DNA of 37,219 bases, taken from Guillardia theta CCMP2712 (taxonomy: Eukaryota > Protista > Cryptophyta). The translations under genes were made by a program, and so were the position numbers. Where the stretch lies: positions 1 to 37,219 of the forward strand of contig NW_005434403.1 in assembly GCF_000315625.1 (NCBI RefSeq), read 5' to 3'. The stretch's first letter is position 1, and each line of letters starts with the position of its first letter. This document shows, one piece after another, positions 15,307 to 27,902 of the stretch. The notes beneath the pieces are model-generated. The model was not told the DNA's origin and made no database searches. It saw nothing but the letters and a program-made list of their open reading frames with translations.

Positions 15307-15767
15307 CGAGCACTACAGGCATGCTGGGGGGCAGTATGAGCCTTGAGGCTGACGAGCTCGAGGTTCATCATGCCTCTTGCACGCCCCCCGGAGGCGGTAG
15401 CAGTACGGTAGGCGGCCATCAGAGCCTTCAGTGCTGCCTTCACGTTCGTGACGACAAGAGAAGACCATAGCTTCTCACCTTCGCAGAGCTCGGATATTGA
15501 GTCAGAGGTGCACGTTCAAACTTGAAAGGTTCTCCTAGAGGAGTGACGGTGTGATCGGACGCAGCGACGCAGCCAGCGTCCGAGCGGACAGAGTCAGGTG
15601 CCTTGATGGTACGGGACCAGTTTTACAGCGGTTTGCCCAGCCGGGGGTTCAGTCACGATTGTTGATTGTATGAAGTTTGATTGTATTACAGACAATTCAG
15701 ATGAAATTTGAGATCAATATAGTACAACAAGGATTCGAATTGTTAACGAGAGATAAGAAAGCTACAA

Positions 15768-16112
15768 TCAGGTTGATCGGAGGTAAAGTGTTTCTACTCC
15801 TTTCGATGACAGCAACGTGTTTGCAACTTCCGTAACATCCTTGGCAGAGCATTGTGTTGTTGTTCTCCACGTTGGAGGTAAGCAGGGAGCTATTCTCTTC
15901 CCTGCGACAGATTTCCTTGCTGCCATGATGCTCTCATAGCAGGCACCATCCTCGATCGCCACTCGTACACTTGCCCCACTGCCGTCGCGAGTTTGCATTG
16001 CTTCCAAATAAGCCTCTTGCTCTTTGTTGAGGTGGAAAACTGTTTTCTTGAGCTCGAGTTTGAATGACTTGGGAGCAGAGATGCTGAACGTGGTACACGA
16101 ACCGGTCATGGG
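15768..16112 (-). CDS. Hypothetical protein exon/ORF
   Basis: Uninterrupted ORF of ordinary composition (MTGSCTTFSISAPKSFKLELKKTVFHLNKEQEAYLEAMQ...); no family recognised. Confidence 0.3.
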   Translation of the reverse strand, partial: PMTGSCTTFSISAPKSFKLELKKTVFHLNKEQEAYLEAMQTRDGSGASVRVAIEDGACYESIMAARKSVAGKRIAPCLPPTWRTTTQCSAKDVTEVANTLLSSKGVETLYLRST

Positions 16113-17367
16113 AGATGAAACAAGAATTTGTGGAAGGAAGTGAAAATCGACGAGGAAAACGACGAGGGGCAGGAGGGCAGGATAGTTCGAAAAGAAGGAG
16201 GGAAGTTCGAAGGTGCCGGAGATCGCTAAGGGGATGGCAGAGCAGGAATGGGACAAGCTGCAAGGAGAGGCGAGGCGAGGAGGGTCGAAGGGGAAGGAAC
16301 TGGGAGGAAGGAAGGGGTCGGTGATGGGAGGTCAGAGGTACCGATGATATAGTCTACAGAGGAGGGCGGATTTCCGTGTAAGCCTGGCATCCCGCCTGGT
16401 GCACCGCGGGATGTCTGGACCCACCCTAGATGGAACAAAGAAAATTGCGCAAAAGGACCCGGTACCCATAAAACGAGTAATGATCGGCCTCTAAAGATCG
16501 CAACGTTTCGCAATCATTTATCATAAAAGTCATCAAAAGCATCTTTTTGGGATTCTTGCTTGTCATAAATAAAGGGTAAAGAATTGAAAAGCTCTATTTT
16601 GAAGTCTTGAAATGGCCTCATCGCATATGCAACCCTCAATGGAGGTTATCTCCGTTTCGCAATTATCGAAAAATTGCTTTTTCATCATTGACTGGCAGCC
16701 ACTCGCATCATCAGATTCCGATCGCTGTGTTTTCAAATCTTCTTGTCGCTGACTACCCTACCCCATAAAAACTCCTTCGAAATCTTCTACGGAGGGGTAA
16801 TTGGAACGTGTAGTAGAAGGACCTCTGCTGCGCCTCCTTTTCGACCTCTTCGGCCCCTTCTGCCATTCACCTCCTTGTCGTGTCTTTTTCATTCGCGTCA
16901 GCATACGAAGGGGTCTCCTTCCTCCCCCTCTCCTCCCTCCCAACGACATGACCAGCATGCCGAGAAGCTACATCCTATGGACTTCAGAGCATGTATGGCA
17001 AGCTCCCGGCAAAGTACAACTTACCACAGAGATCTCTCCGTACAAGGCGCTCCCAGCATGTTCGTTTGGTGATCGGGGTTACAAGAAACGGAAGCACTCT
17101 CAGATCTCCATACACGACAAGCCTTCCATGGATTCATCGTGACCCTCGTCAGCTCTGTGGTTGAAAGTACAGCACAAGTTCCCATTCCGTAGTTACTTGA
17201 CAGCGTCAACATCTGCCCATTGATCGAGGGATCACTTTTTGTCCTTTGAAGAACCGTTGTCGGGTCTTTCACAGCCTCTTCTCAACTTGCGTTGTGGTCC
17301 CTTCACGATGGAGCCAACACCCTGATAGATTAAAGATTTATTGCGCGTTTCCGTGCAGACTCAACTT

Positions 17368-18397
17368 TCATTTCTTCTTCTTCTTCTTCTCGCCTCCTTT
17401 CCCTTTCCCATCTTTCCCTATAAGCAAGGTGACTAATAACCTCCTTCAGGTTCGAACACTGACAAACCTGCTTTTTTGTCGGCGCTCTTGGCCTTTTTCT
17501 TCTTGGAAGGGTCAAATATCTGCGTTTGAAATCCCATCAACACAATCACTTCCCAGCAGAAGAGAAAACCTTGGTGTTTGTATTCCTCAGCTCCATCTGC
17601 CCGTAGACATCATACACCATGGGTGGAAGAAGAGCTATATTGGTGTGTGTCAGGTAGCAATCAGGGAGGGATTACAAATCATCACGATCACATGTGATTG
17701 CGTTGTATCCGTTCTCCTTTGCCCAGTAGTACGCAGTCTTGCCCTGGTTGTCCTTCATATCTACCAGCCTTTCGCCAATCGGCAAGCTTTCATCCTCTAT
17801 GCTGCTACCAACATGCCTGTAAGAGGGTAGGCCAGATACAATCAGAGCATCTCACCATGTGTCAATCAAGAACTCCGCTATCTCCAGATACCCCTTCATA
17901 GCACAGATGTGCAGAGCGGTCCGGCCTTCCTTGTCCTGTACACGGGGGTCGGCCCCGGCCCCCATGAGCTCCTTCACCATCTCGAGCTCCCCCAACAGCG
18001 TCGCTGCGTGTAAGGCTGTGCTCGCCCCGACCTCTTCGTTGTCTTTCAAGTTCACGTCTGTCAGAGAGTGTCAGCACTGAGCAGATGCGTTAGAGCTGAG
18101 AAACGAATGACCAGGTCTGAACTGCAGGATGACTTTGAGCATTTCAATGTCTCCAGATTTGACAGCGACATGGCACAAGGTCGCCCCGCTCGAGTTCCTG
18201 ATGTTGACATCGCCGTCCTCCATCAGGATCCGACGGGCGTACTCCAGGTCACGACGGCCGACGGCATCGAAGAAAATGTTTGGATTCATGCCGCCAGGCC
18301 TCTTTGAGGGAGAGGAGTCAAATCCTCGTATGCTCGCGTATTTGTTCTTTATGGATTGCAGCCACTGCAAGGCTGGGGCATCCTTCTCTGACTGCAT
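17368..18397 (-). CDS. Ankyrin-repeat protein with a Lys-rich C-terminal tail
   Basis: Spliced ankyrin repeats: GDVNIRNSSGATLCHVAVKSGDIEMLKVIL; STALHAATLLGELEMVKELMGAGADPRVQDKEGRTALHICAMKGYLEIAEFLI; MKDNQGKTAYYWAKENG. Ends ...GKDGKGKGGEKKKKK* (TGA 17370-17368). 5' end uncertain. Confidence 0.85.
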
Positions 18398-18844
18398 CTG
18401 AACTTGCCCTTGCCTGTTGGCCAGTACAGATCACTTCTGAAGTTCTGCTCAACATTCATGCTTCAGTTCACCAACTCCAGGCTGCTGTTTTCACTCATTG
18501 CACACAAACAGGCATGCTACCTCTCAAACATTCAATCTGTTCCTACTACAACGGCATCTTACCCTCTTACAAGCAGATTGTTCGTAGCATACACCGCTTG
18601 AACCATTCGTATTCTGAACTTGTACTCTTCCTGTCTTTTCTCCTTTTCACCCGGCCTTACATCCCATCCCTTGCAATTACCTCTTCATCTCCTCCTTTCC
18701 TTCTCCTCCTCCTTCCTCCTGTATCTTCTTTTCTCCTGTCTTCTCTGCTCTTCTCCTTACTCTTCTCTCTTGCTCGTGCTCGTGCTCGTGCTCCTCTACT
18801 CTCCTCTATTCTACTCTACTCTCCTCTCCGCTCCTGCTCCTTTT

Positions 18845-18883
<39 letters not shown>

Positions 18884-20210
18884 CTTCCCCCCCCCCCCCC
18901 TCTCCCTCCCTCTCCCTCTCCCTCCCTTCCTCCCTCCCTCTCTCTCCTTCCTCCTCCTTCTCATGTCCTGTCTCCTCCTGTCCTCTACCCTCCTCCCCTT
19001 CCCTCACCTTCACGCTTGATCAAAAGTTTCACCTTCACCATGACAAACGAGCAGCAACTGATATTATTTTTACTCAAAAGATTTACTGAAAAGATTTACT
19101 CAAAGTTAAGTTAAATCCATGTCATGATAATCGGATCGGAAGCCATGCGGCGGTCCTTGTTTTGTTGTGATTCAGAATGATGATAGAGTCTTCCTCCCAA
19201 GAGCGAACTTGGGACAGTGACCATGCAGTCGTTGACGTGTCTTTCCGATGTCACTGGAGCGAAGTAATTCGAGCAAGGATCATCGGCGGACAGGGAGCTC
19301 GGAGAAGGCTGGAGAGTTCTTGTAGAGAAAGAGCAAGCAGATTCGTTTGTTTCTCTCTCTGTTTACTTCAATCATGACTTGAGCATCATAAAAACAGCCA
19401 ACTGTTCGTAATGGTGGGTCCATGGGATGGAGAAACTTTCTTTCTGGTCGGAGCTGCCGCGCCCAAGACCAGCCTGCGTAACCGTGATAAGTGAAAATAC
19501 AACAGCATATTGAGGTGTTGTTCGGCTTCGTCGATCAGGATACTACCTTGTGGCTCGTTGGCTTTATCGAAAACACCGTTTCTGTTTCCGGGTGTAACGA
19601 GCAAGGAGAGGGCAAGAGTGTAGATAATCTTACAACACAATCTTTAGATCCCAAGAACTATTAGTCTCCTCTCCTTACGAGCGCTTCTTCCTCCCTCCTC
19701 CTCTTCGCCTCTCCCGGAGTCCTGGCCGGCATCCCCCAGGAAGGCTCTCCCTCCTCAGTTGGGTCTCGGTCTCAGGCAGCAGGGAACTGAGCCACCATCT
19801 CCTTCCCCTTCTCAAATCAGCACGTCCATGTTTCCATTACGCGTCGAGGGGGTAAACTCCTCCAAACTCTTCCCTGAGGGACACCGGGGTGGGTCAGCAA
19901 GTTGACCATGTATAGGGGTGAGGTCGATTTGACTAAGAGGAAACCTAGTGAATGAAGCGAGTAGTGTGGGTGTGTATGACATCAGAAACATGCGAGGGGT
20001 GGGGTGGCGAACCACACCCTGTCCTTAGTCCGTACTAGTGACCATTTTTGAAACTCCCCTCACCCCCACCCACCTATCCCTGCCCCATCTACCCCACCCC
20101 TGGTAATCACGGAGTCTACAGGGTGTCCTGCTTCTTTTTTTGGAGGTATCACGAATTCAAAAGGAACAGATGTTGTCACAAGAGCTCAATCATTGACGAC
20201 TCACAGCAAC

Positions 20211-23200
20211 ATGCAGCAGTCGAATGTCAATCCTGTGTTGACTCGGGACGAAGTTGTTGAAACATCTTACGAAGTTGAAACATCCTCTGCGAAAGAAAGT
20301 GATGGTGAAAACCAAGGGAAAACATCCTTCCTTGCTCTCTTCCGTTTTGCTAGTGCGATGGACCGCTTTCTTATCGTCGTATCCCTCATCGGCTCTGTTG
20401 CAACTGGTGCAGCGCTCCCTGTGTTCACCCTCTACTTCAAGGACCTCATCGACGGGGGGTTCGGTGCAGGATCGCAATCTGCCGAGGAGGTCAACAAAGC
20501 TGCTCTCAACTTCCTCTGGATCAGCCTTGGCCTGTTCGTGTGTGGCTCCATCTCCAACGGCTCGATGCTCTTGGCCGCTGCAAACCAGGGGTCTCGGCTG
20601 AGAAGGCAGTACGTGAAGGCCATCTTGAGGCAGAACATCGCCTGGTTTGACACTCAGAAGACCGGAGAGATCACCACGTCGATCGAACGCGACTGCTCCA
20701 ACGTGCAGGGAGCGATCGGCGAGAAAGCCGTGCTCTTCGTGCACAACATGTCCACTTTTATCATTGGCATTGCGCTGGGCTTCTGGCAAGGGTGGCAGAT
20801 GGCGTTGGTGAGCTTGAAGCAGTGGTCGTTGACAAGCTCCCAACTGACTGCGAAGCTGCAGGTGATTTGTGCCTGTCTGCCGCTGCTGGCCGGGGCCGGG
20901 GCTTGGATGGCCAAGAATCTCGCAGGGATTGCTTCCAAAGGAGAACACGCATACCGCTCTGCAGGTGTGGAGCGAGCTTGTTGGTGGGTGAGTGTGCTGA
21001 CGGGCCTTGGCTGAGCAGGAGCTGTCGCTGAGCAGGCCATCACGGGGATCAGGACCGTAGCCTCTCTGCGAGGAGAAGAACGAGAGAACCAGAGGTTCTG
21101 CTCGAACCTGGACGAGGCGCTAGACATGGGGATCAAGAGGGCTCGCACAAACGCGCTGGGAATGGGAGTCGTGTTAAGCACTACTCTTTTGCCCTACGCC
21201 CTAGGGCTTTGGTTTGGGAGCTGGCTGATATCGCATGGCATAACCAACAGCCGAACAGGGTTGCTCTACTCGGCCGGAGATGTGATGCTGGTCTTCTTCG
21301 CCATAGTGCTGGGAGGATTCAGCCTCGGTCAGGTGGGGCCATGTGTGCAGGCGTTCATGAAGGGCCAGGCGTCGGCCAAGAAAATCTTTGATATCATCGA
21401 CCGCAAGCCTCCCATTGACATCCAAGACCCGTCAGGTGACAAGCCAGCTGGCGTGAAAGGTGATCTCTGCCTCAAGGGCGTTGCCTTCACCTACCCAGCT
21501 CGTCTCGATGCTCCGATCTTCACCTGCCTTAACCTCAACATCGCAGCTGGGCAAACGGCAGCCCTAGTCGGAGCCTCAGGAAGTGGAAAAAGCACTGTGA
21601 TCCAGCTGCTGCTTCGCTTCTACGACCCGGACGAAGGGCAGGTCATGCTGGACGGGAGAGACCTGCGAACTCTCAACGTGAAGTGGCTCCGCGAGCATCT
21701 GAGCATCGTGTCCCAGGAGCCGATCCTGTTCGCGGTCTCAATTGCGGAGAACATCAAGTATGGCAAGCCCGACGCCACGATGGACGAGATCAAGAAGGCA
21801 TGCGTGGCGTCCAACGCTCACTTGTTTGTCGCCGGGCTTCCGGACACGTATCATACGCTGTGCGGGGAGAGGGGGACGCAGCTCAGCGGCGGTCAGAAGC
21901 AGAGGATCGCGATCGCGCGCGCCGTCATCTCCAATCCCAACGTGCTCCTGCTGGACGAGGCCACGTCGGCCCTGGACTCGGAGAGCGAGAAGCTCGTACA
22001 GGACGCGCTGGACAACCTCATGGAAGGGAGGACCGTCGTGGTGGTCGCTCATCGCCTGTCAACCATCCGCAATGCGGACAAGATCTGTGTGTTCAAGACG
22101 GGAACCATCGTCGAAGAGGGCACGCATGAGGAGCTTTATGCAAAGGAAGACGGCTTCTACCGGGAGCTCGTCTCGAAGCAGATGGTGGCAGGAGAGGCAG
22201 CGATTGGAGGGGCTTCGGCAACAGCAGAGAAGAAGATGCCCGCAAACGACGTGGCGCAGGGCTCATCAACAGCAGTGAAGTCTCCTGAGGTGAAACTCAA
22301 GGAAATGAGCAATCAGGAACAGCAGAAGGCAGAGAAGGGCTACCTGAAGCGAGCCTTCAAGCTCAACAGCCCAGAGTTCTTCCCCTGGGCGTTGACGGGG
22401 TCGGTCGGAGCCTGCATGAACGGAGCGGTATATCCTGTGCTTGCACTTCTGCTGACGGAGATGCTTGCGGGCTACAGTCTGTGCCAGGAAAAAGAAGGCA
22501 TAGATCCTTTCAATCCGGGCAAGAAGGTTGTAGTCTCTTATTTCATGGATGCAAAGAGCTGCGGAGCATCCTGCCTATACCTCGCCACCCATCAGTGGAG
22601 TGGTGAATGTTTGAGTGAGAATAACACAAAGATTTGGTGCTACCAGGTTGCTAATTCTTCGGCCGGACATTACATTCGCTTCTACAGCAGCCAACCCGAT
22701 GAAGCCGTAGCAGTAGTTCAAGATCTCCGACTCCATGATATTGAAGCACTCGTTTCTACAACTCTACTCCTTCGGAGTGATGGGCGAGCATCTCACGCAG
22801 CGCCTGAGGAAAATGTGCTTCGCCTCCGTGCTCCGGCAGGACGTGGGCTTCTTCGACTACCCGGAGAATGCGAGCGGCAGCCTGACGACTAAGCTTGCAA
22901 AGGACGCTTCCTTGGTAGAGAATGCGGTGGGATCCACAATCGGCCTGATGATCCAAAACCTGGTCGTCATGGCAATATCCCTGACGATCGCTTTCATCCG
23001 AGGGTGGATGCTGACTCTGATCTGCTTCTCGACGTTCCCGCTGATGGTTGCTGCCAATATGCTGCAAATGAAGTTCATCGCGGGCTCTGGTGGCGACCTG
23101 TCTGCTGCTTATGAGGTAAGCGATGGCTGTAAGGTTCTCTGTCTAGAGAAAGCTTCAACTTGTAGCATCACTTATGAGCAATCTCGTGCTATTGACCTGG

Positions 23201-25436
23201 TTTTCTTGGCAGAACGCGACAGCGATAGCGAGCGAAGCAGTAGCTGGTTTGCGGACTGTCGCTGCATTCTCAGCAGAGGAGCAAGTCGAGAATCTTTACG
23301 AGGAGAATCTCAAGTAAGATTTGTTATGAATGTTTCAGCAATTGAATGACCGGTTACTCGTCGACAGATCAGAAAATGGCGCACAGCAGAAGACAGCTTT
23401 GGCAGCTGGCCTCGGGCAGGGCTTTTCGCTTTTCACCGTCTTCTTCCTCTACTACTGCGGGTTTGCAGGAGGAGCATACCTGATGAAACACGAGGGCTAC
23501 TCTTTCAAGGATGTGCTTCAGGTAATGACAAGGATGCATCTGTTTGCTGTAGAGGAGGGCAGGAGAGAGTTTGAAAAGGATGTTGAACAACTTCAGCTTG
23601 ATAGCTCAAGTCTCATGTCAGGTGTTCTTCACGGTAACGTTTCTGGGCATGGCAGCTGGCATGGCTGGAGCAGTCGCGCCAGACATCGCCAAGGGAAAGC
23701 CTGCTCTGATTTCCATTTTCAAGCTGATCGACCAGGTAGCTGATTGTGAGAAGACAAGGAGGCTAATGGCATCTACAACACCAACAGGAGCCGAAGATCG
23801 ATGTTAACGATCCTGCTGGCCAGAAACTCCAACGTGTAACGGGAAAGATCGAGCTGAGGGATGTATCCTTTAATTACCCAGCTCGTCCGGACGTGAAAAT
23901 CTTGCAGAATCTGAATCTCAGTGAGTGCTTCCTGTACTGATATTCTCTTTACCCTCCTGGCCATCAGCCATTCCTGCCGGGAAGACATCAGCGCTTGTCG
24001 GGGGGTCGGGCAGCGGAAAAAGCACCATCATCTCCCTTATCGAGCGCTTCTACGACCCTGATAGCGGCAAGGTGAGTGTAGAGGTGAAGGAGAGCGATGC
24101 ACAGGCTCAGTACTAGGCAGATCCTGCTAGACGATGTTGATATCAAGCAGCTCAACTTGTCGTGGCTACGGTCGCACTTGGGGCTTGTCAGCCAGGAGCC
24201 GGTAAGAAGTGGGTTGGAGAGGGAGAGGGAGAGGGAGAGGGAGAGGGAGAGGGAGAGGGAGAGGGAGAAGGGGAGCGAAGGAGGGAGAGAGAGGGCAAGA
24301 GGAGGGGGAGGAAGGAGCAATGGAGAGAGCTTGGAGAGAGAGAGAGAGAAAGAGGCAAGAGGAGGAAGCGAGGAGCGAGGACTAGATCCAGTAGGGAGGG
24401 AAGGAGGAGAAAGAGGAGGGGGGGGCGAGGGAGGAGATAGAGATCGAGACAGGAGAAACCCAGAAAAGAGCCGCAGAGGATGGAGAGGCTAGAGAAAGAA
24501 GGGAGGGAGGGAGGGAGGGAGGGAGGAAGAGAGGAGGTTGAGCGCAAAGGGAAAGCAGGATGTTACATTAACAGGAGGTTGTAAGATATTGTTTGCCACT
24601 TCCATCTTTGAGAACATCCGATACGGAAGGTCGAGCATCTGATGTAGGGACCCAGTTGACCAGCTAGCAGGGAGGACGCGGGGGAGGGGGAGGTGATTGA
24701 GGCCTCCAAGAAAGCCAACGCGCATACCTTCATCATGGAATTTCCTGGCCAGTTCGAGACGCAATGCGGAGAGAAAGGAACGCAGATGAGCGGCGGGCAG
24801 AAGCAGGTGATCTTGTATCTAACTGATCTCACACTGATCTCTTGCATTTTCCTCTTCCTCTCCCCTCGTCCTCGGCAGAGGATCGCGATAGCTCGTGCCA
24901 TGGTTGCAAACCCAAGCGTGCTGCTCCTGGATGAGGTGAAAGCTGTTCTTGCTGTCCTGTTCCAGCTGATCCTTGAGCTGACAGGCAACGTCCGCGCTTG
25001 ATTCGCAAAGCGAGATGCTCGTACAAGAAGCTTTGGACATCCTCATGGTCTGTTGGAACATGCGGCTCTTGGTATCATGTCTGAAGGTGTTGCTGCAGGT
25101 TGGAAGGACAGTTGTTGTCGTGGCTCACAGACTGTCAACCATCAAAGTAAGCAAGCACCCGTCGTGCTCCAACATGCGCTTATGTTGCATCAGAATGCAG
25201 ACAAGATCGTCGTCATGTCGGGAGGAGAGGTTGTTGAAGAGGTGATGCGATATCAGAAGTTATCTCTCTCATGGCTGAAACTGAGCTGATTGGACCAGGG
25301 CAAACATTTTGATCTGCTTGCTAACACGACTGGACCGTACGCGAAGCTCATCGCTCATCAGGCAACTGATGTCACTCTAGAGACCATTTTTGATGAGACA
25401 GACAGATGCAAGCATGATTCGGCGAAGACCTCTTGA
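20211..25436 (+). CDS. Full-size ABCB (MDR/P-glycoprotein-like) transporter, TMD-NBD-TMD-NBD
   Basis: ATG 20211; [17 protein letters not shown]1: [49 protein letters not shown]2: [46 protein letters not shown]. Stop TGA 25434-25436. Confidence 0.95.
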
Positions 25437-25460
25437 CAGGAAGAAAGTGAAATGAAGCAC

Positions 25461-25659
<199 letters not shown>

Positions 25660-26699
25660 AACCACCAACACTTGCTCCGCAAAAGCTGCTAAACATACCA
25701 AGCTCACTCCCTGCCAGTCAGCCAGGAGAACTTCTACCTGTGCCCTTTGCAGGAGCCGAGCAGGAATCGACCATGCCCTACTTGAGAGATTGAGCTCCTG
25801 CAAGCTGGAGGAGGCGGACAGGCTCTGTCTCGTCGATTTCCATAGCCGCTCCTCTGTCGTCCTCGTCCCTTAAAGCAGAACATGTTTCTTACTGCAGTCA
25901 CACCGCATTTCTCCTCCACCCTGGCACCCAATGAAGGAGTTCCTAGGAGGACGGCAATGAAACGCAGGGTCCCCGTACACCGCCTCCTGACTACACCCAT
26001 CCCACTCCGCCGTCAAGCTTGCTCCACGGTGGTTTGCTCAGTTCCAAAGAAAACGCAAAGCCATCTGTATCTGCAGCGATGGGAGGGAAAGCCTTAGTTG
26101 GATAAGGGTTACGTAGCTAGCGCGATGATCCGAAATCTTCTGTTGTGCCGACGGAGCTTCCGGACGTTGTTGTAGGGATGAATCTTGGTCACGTATATTA
26201 CCCTTCGCATTACACCAACTCACATCCAACCGAAGATGTTTGCTGATTGATATGCGAGAACCCCTTTAGATAGATCAACAGGCGAGAATTGAGCACAGAG
26301 CGATAGTTCTTAGCTATGAAATTCTCGACTAAATACAGGGTCATGAAAGTTGCATTGGCTCACTGCAGAAAGCTTACGGTGCGCCGGCCTCGTTGAGGAG
26401 GGTCATCAGACACTCTTTTTCAGTGATACCTGAAAAAGCATGAACATCAACCAATCAACTGAGTAGATTGCGATTTCTTACGAGTGGACTTGGACGTATC
26501 ACAAGCGTAATTGCCCGTACAACAGCTCGTCTGGGCAGCAGTGGCTGTCAACGCATGAAGGCACCCAGTATGCTGCGATGCGGAATGTTTTCAAGGTCTT
26601 GCAGTCGAATTCAGTGTGATAATCTCTCAAGCCACCCAGCACAGTTCCCTGGTCCCGGACAGAATTGTCGCTGGAAATCGCAGCTGCAGCCGCGCCTGA

Positions 26700-26905
26700 G
26701 GCAAATATACAGGTAGAGAATCATCGGACGCTCTTTGATCGCTCCCACACAGCCAAGGATCGGAATGAAGAATATGAAAACCCCGACGAAGACAAAGGCG
26801 ATCGCAGTAGGGATCGAAGCACGGCCTGGAACAGTTATGCACAGGTACAACCTGCAGTCTAAGAATCTCTCAAACTCTTGCACAGAGATGAATGAACCAA
26901 CTCAT
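26700..26905 (-). pseudogene. Tetraspanin-like fragment (TM2 and following loop)
   Basis: AIAFVFVGVFIFFIPILGCVGAIKERPMILYL matches the tetraspanin 'LGCxGAxKE....L..Y' motif. TM1 and TM3 could not be found, and the upstream side abuts a duplicated block at 26968. Confidence 0.45.
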
Positions 26906-26967
26906 CGTAGGTCAAGAGGCTCTGCCCACCTCCTCTAGTATTCTCCCCTTCCGCTATCCCTTTCCTC

Positions 26968-27298
26968 TCCCAGCCCTCCTTCAGCATCTCCCTCCCTGAC
27001 CCCTCCACCCTCTTCCTCCCAGCGACGCAGGAGGCAGAGGAGTGCAGATCACGGGTAAGGCACCAGAGATGATTTGGTTTTGTACAGATCAGTAAAGAGA
27101 GGACGCGCGTATGGAACCTTGTTTGCTATGACACAATCACAAGCGCTGAGCTCCCGGCGAGATGTACCAAGACGAGCATGCGTCATCAGCGCGTGTGCTG
27201 GAAGGGACTTGTAGGAGGTTGACTGCAGACTCGACTCGATCGTCAGCCTTCGGCGCCCTCGGCTGCCATGTTGGTCGACGGGCGTGGTGATCTCCGAC
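26968..27298. repeat. Internally deleted copy of the 28389-29053 segment
   Basis: 26968-27020 matches 28401-28453, and 27060-27298 matches 28811-29053 with few differences. Confidence 0.9.
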
Positions 27299-27902
27299 GT
27301 CGTGCGACAGCTACTGAGTGTTGCGAGGTAGCCTCCGTGTCTTCAAGCTCCTCAGCTCCCTCCTGACTCGCCTTCAAGTCATCACTAGCCTCTAGTAGCC
27401 CGCGGCTTGCCCTCCTATCCGCTCAATACGAGTCCGACTGAGTCACTGGCTGTAAATCCTTATTGGCCCGCCGGCCCCGGGCCGGCTGTACACCGCCGGG
27501 CCGTGGCGGGCCGGCGGTGTGATGGAACACAAGTTTGTTAGACTTGTACTAGTCCAAAGTCACGCAGATATCACATCGACCTTAGTTGTAACAAGACAGT
27601 TTTTGCTCAAGACCGAGTTTAATGCACACAAAACCAGTATTAAGGAGCACATGAGAGATAGACTGTATGCTAGGATGTGAAACCCAAGCATCCAGACATG
27701 AGAGGACCTTAGCAAGACGGCTAGGAAAGCCCCCTCTTCGTCCCACACGCTACATTGGCCGCCTTGACACGTCAGTCGTCTTGGTTTACAGGAGAGTTTT
27801 TGTTAACTCGGCGCTATCTGACTGGCACGGCTGGCATACGTTCCATCACGGTGTGATGCACTTGAAGGCGCCCTGCGGGTATTGGTAATACGCAATAAGA
27901 AT

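Noticed and set aside
20190-22278. Long antisense and alternate-frame ORFs over ABCB (likewise over FTR1)
   Set aside because: Shadow ORFs caused by GC-rich codon usage of the real genes.
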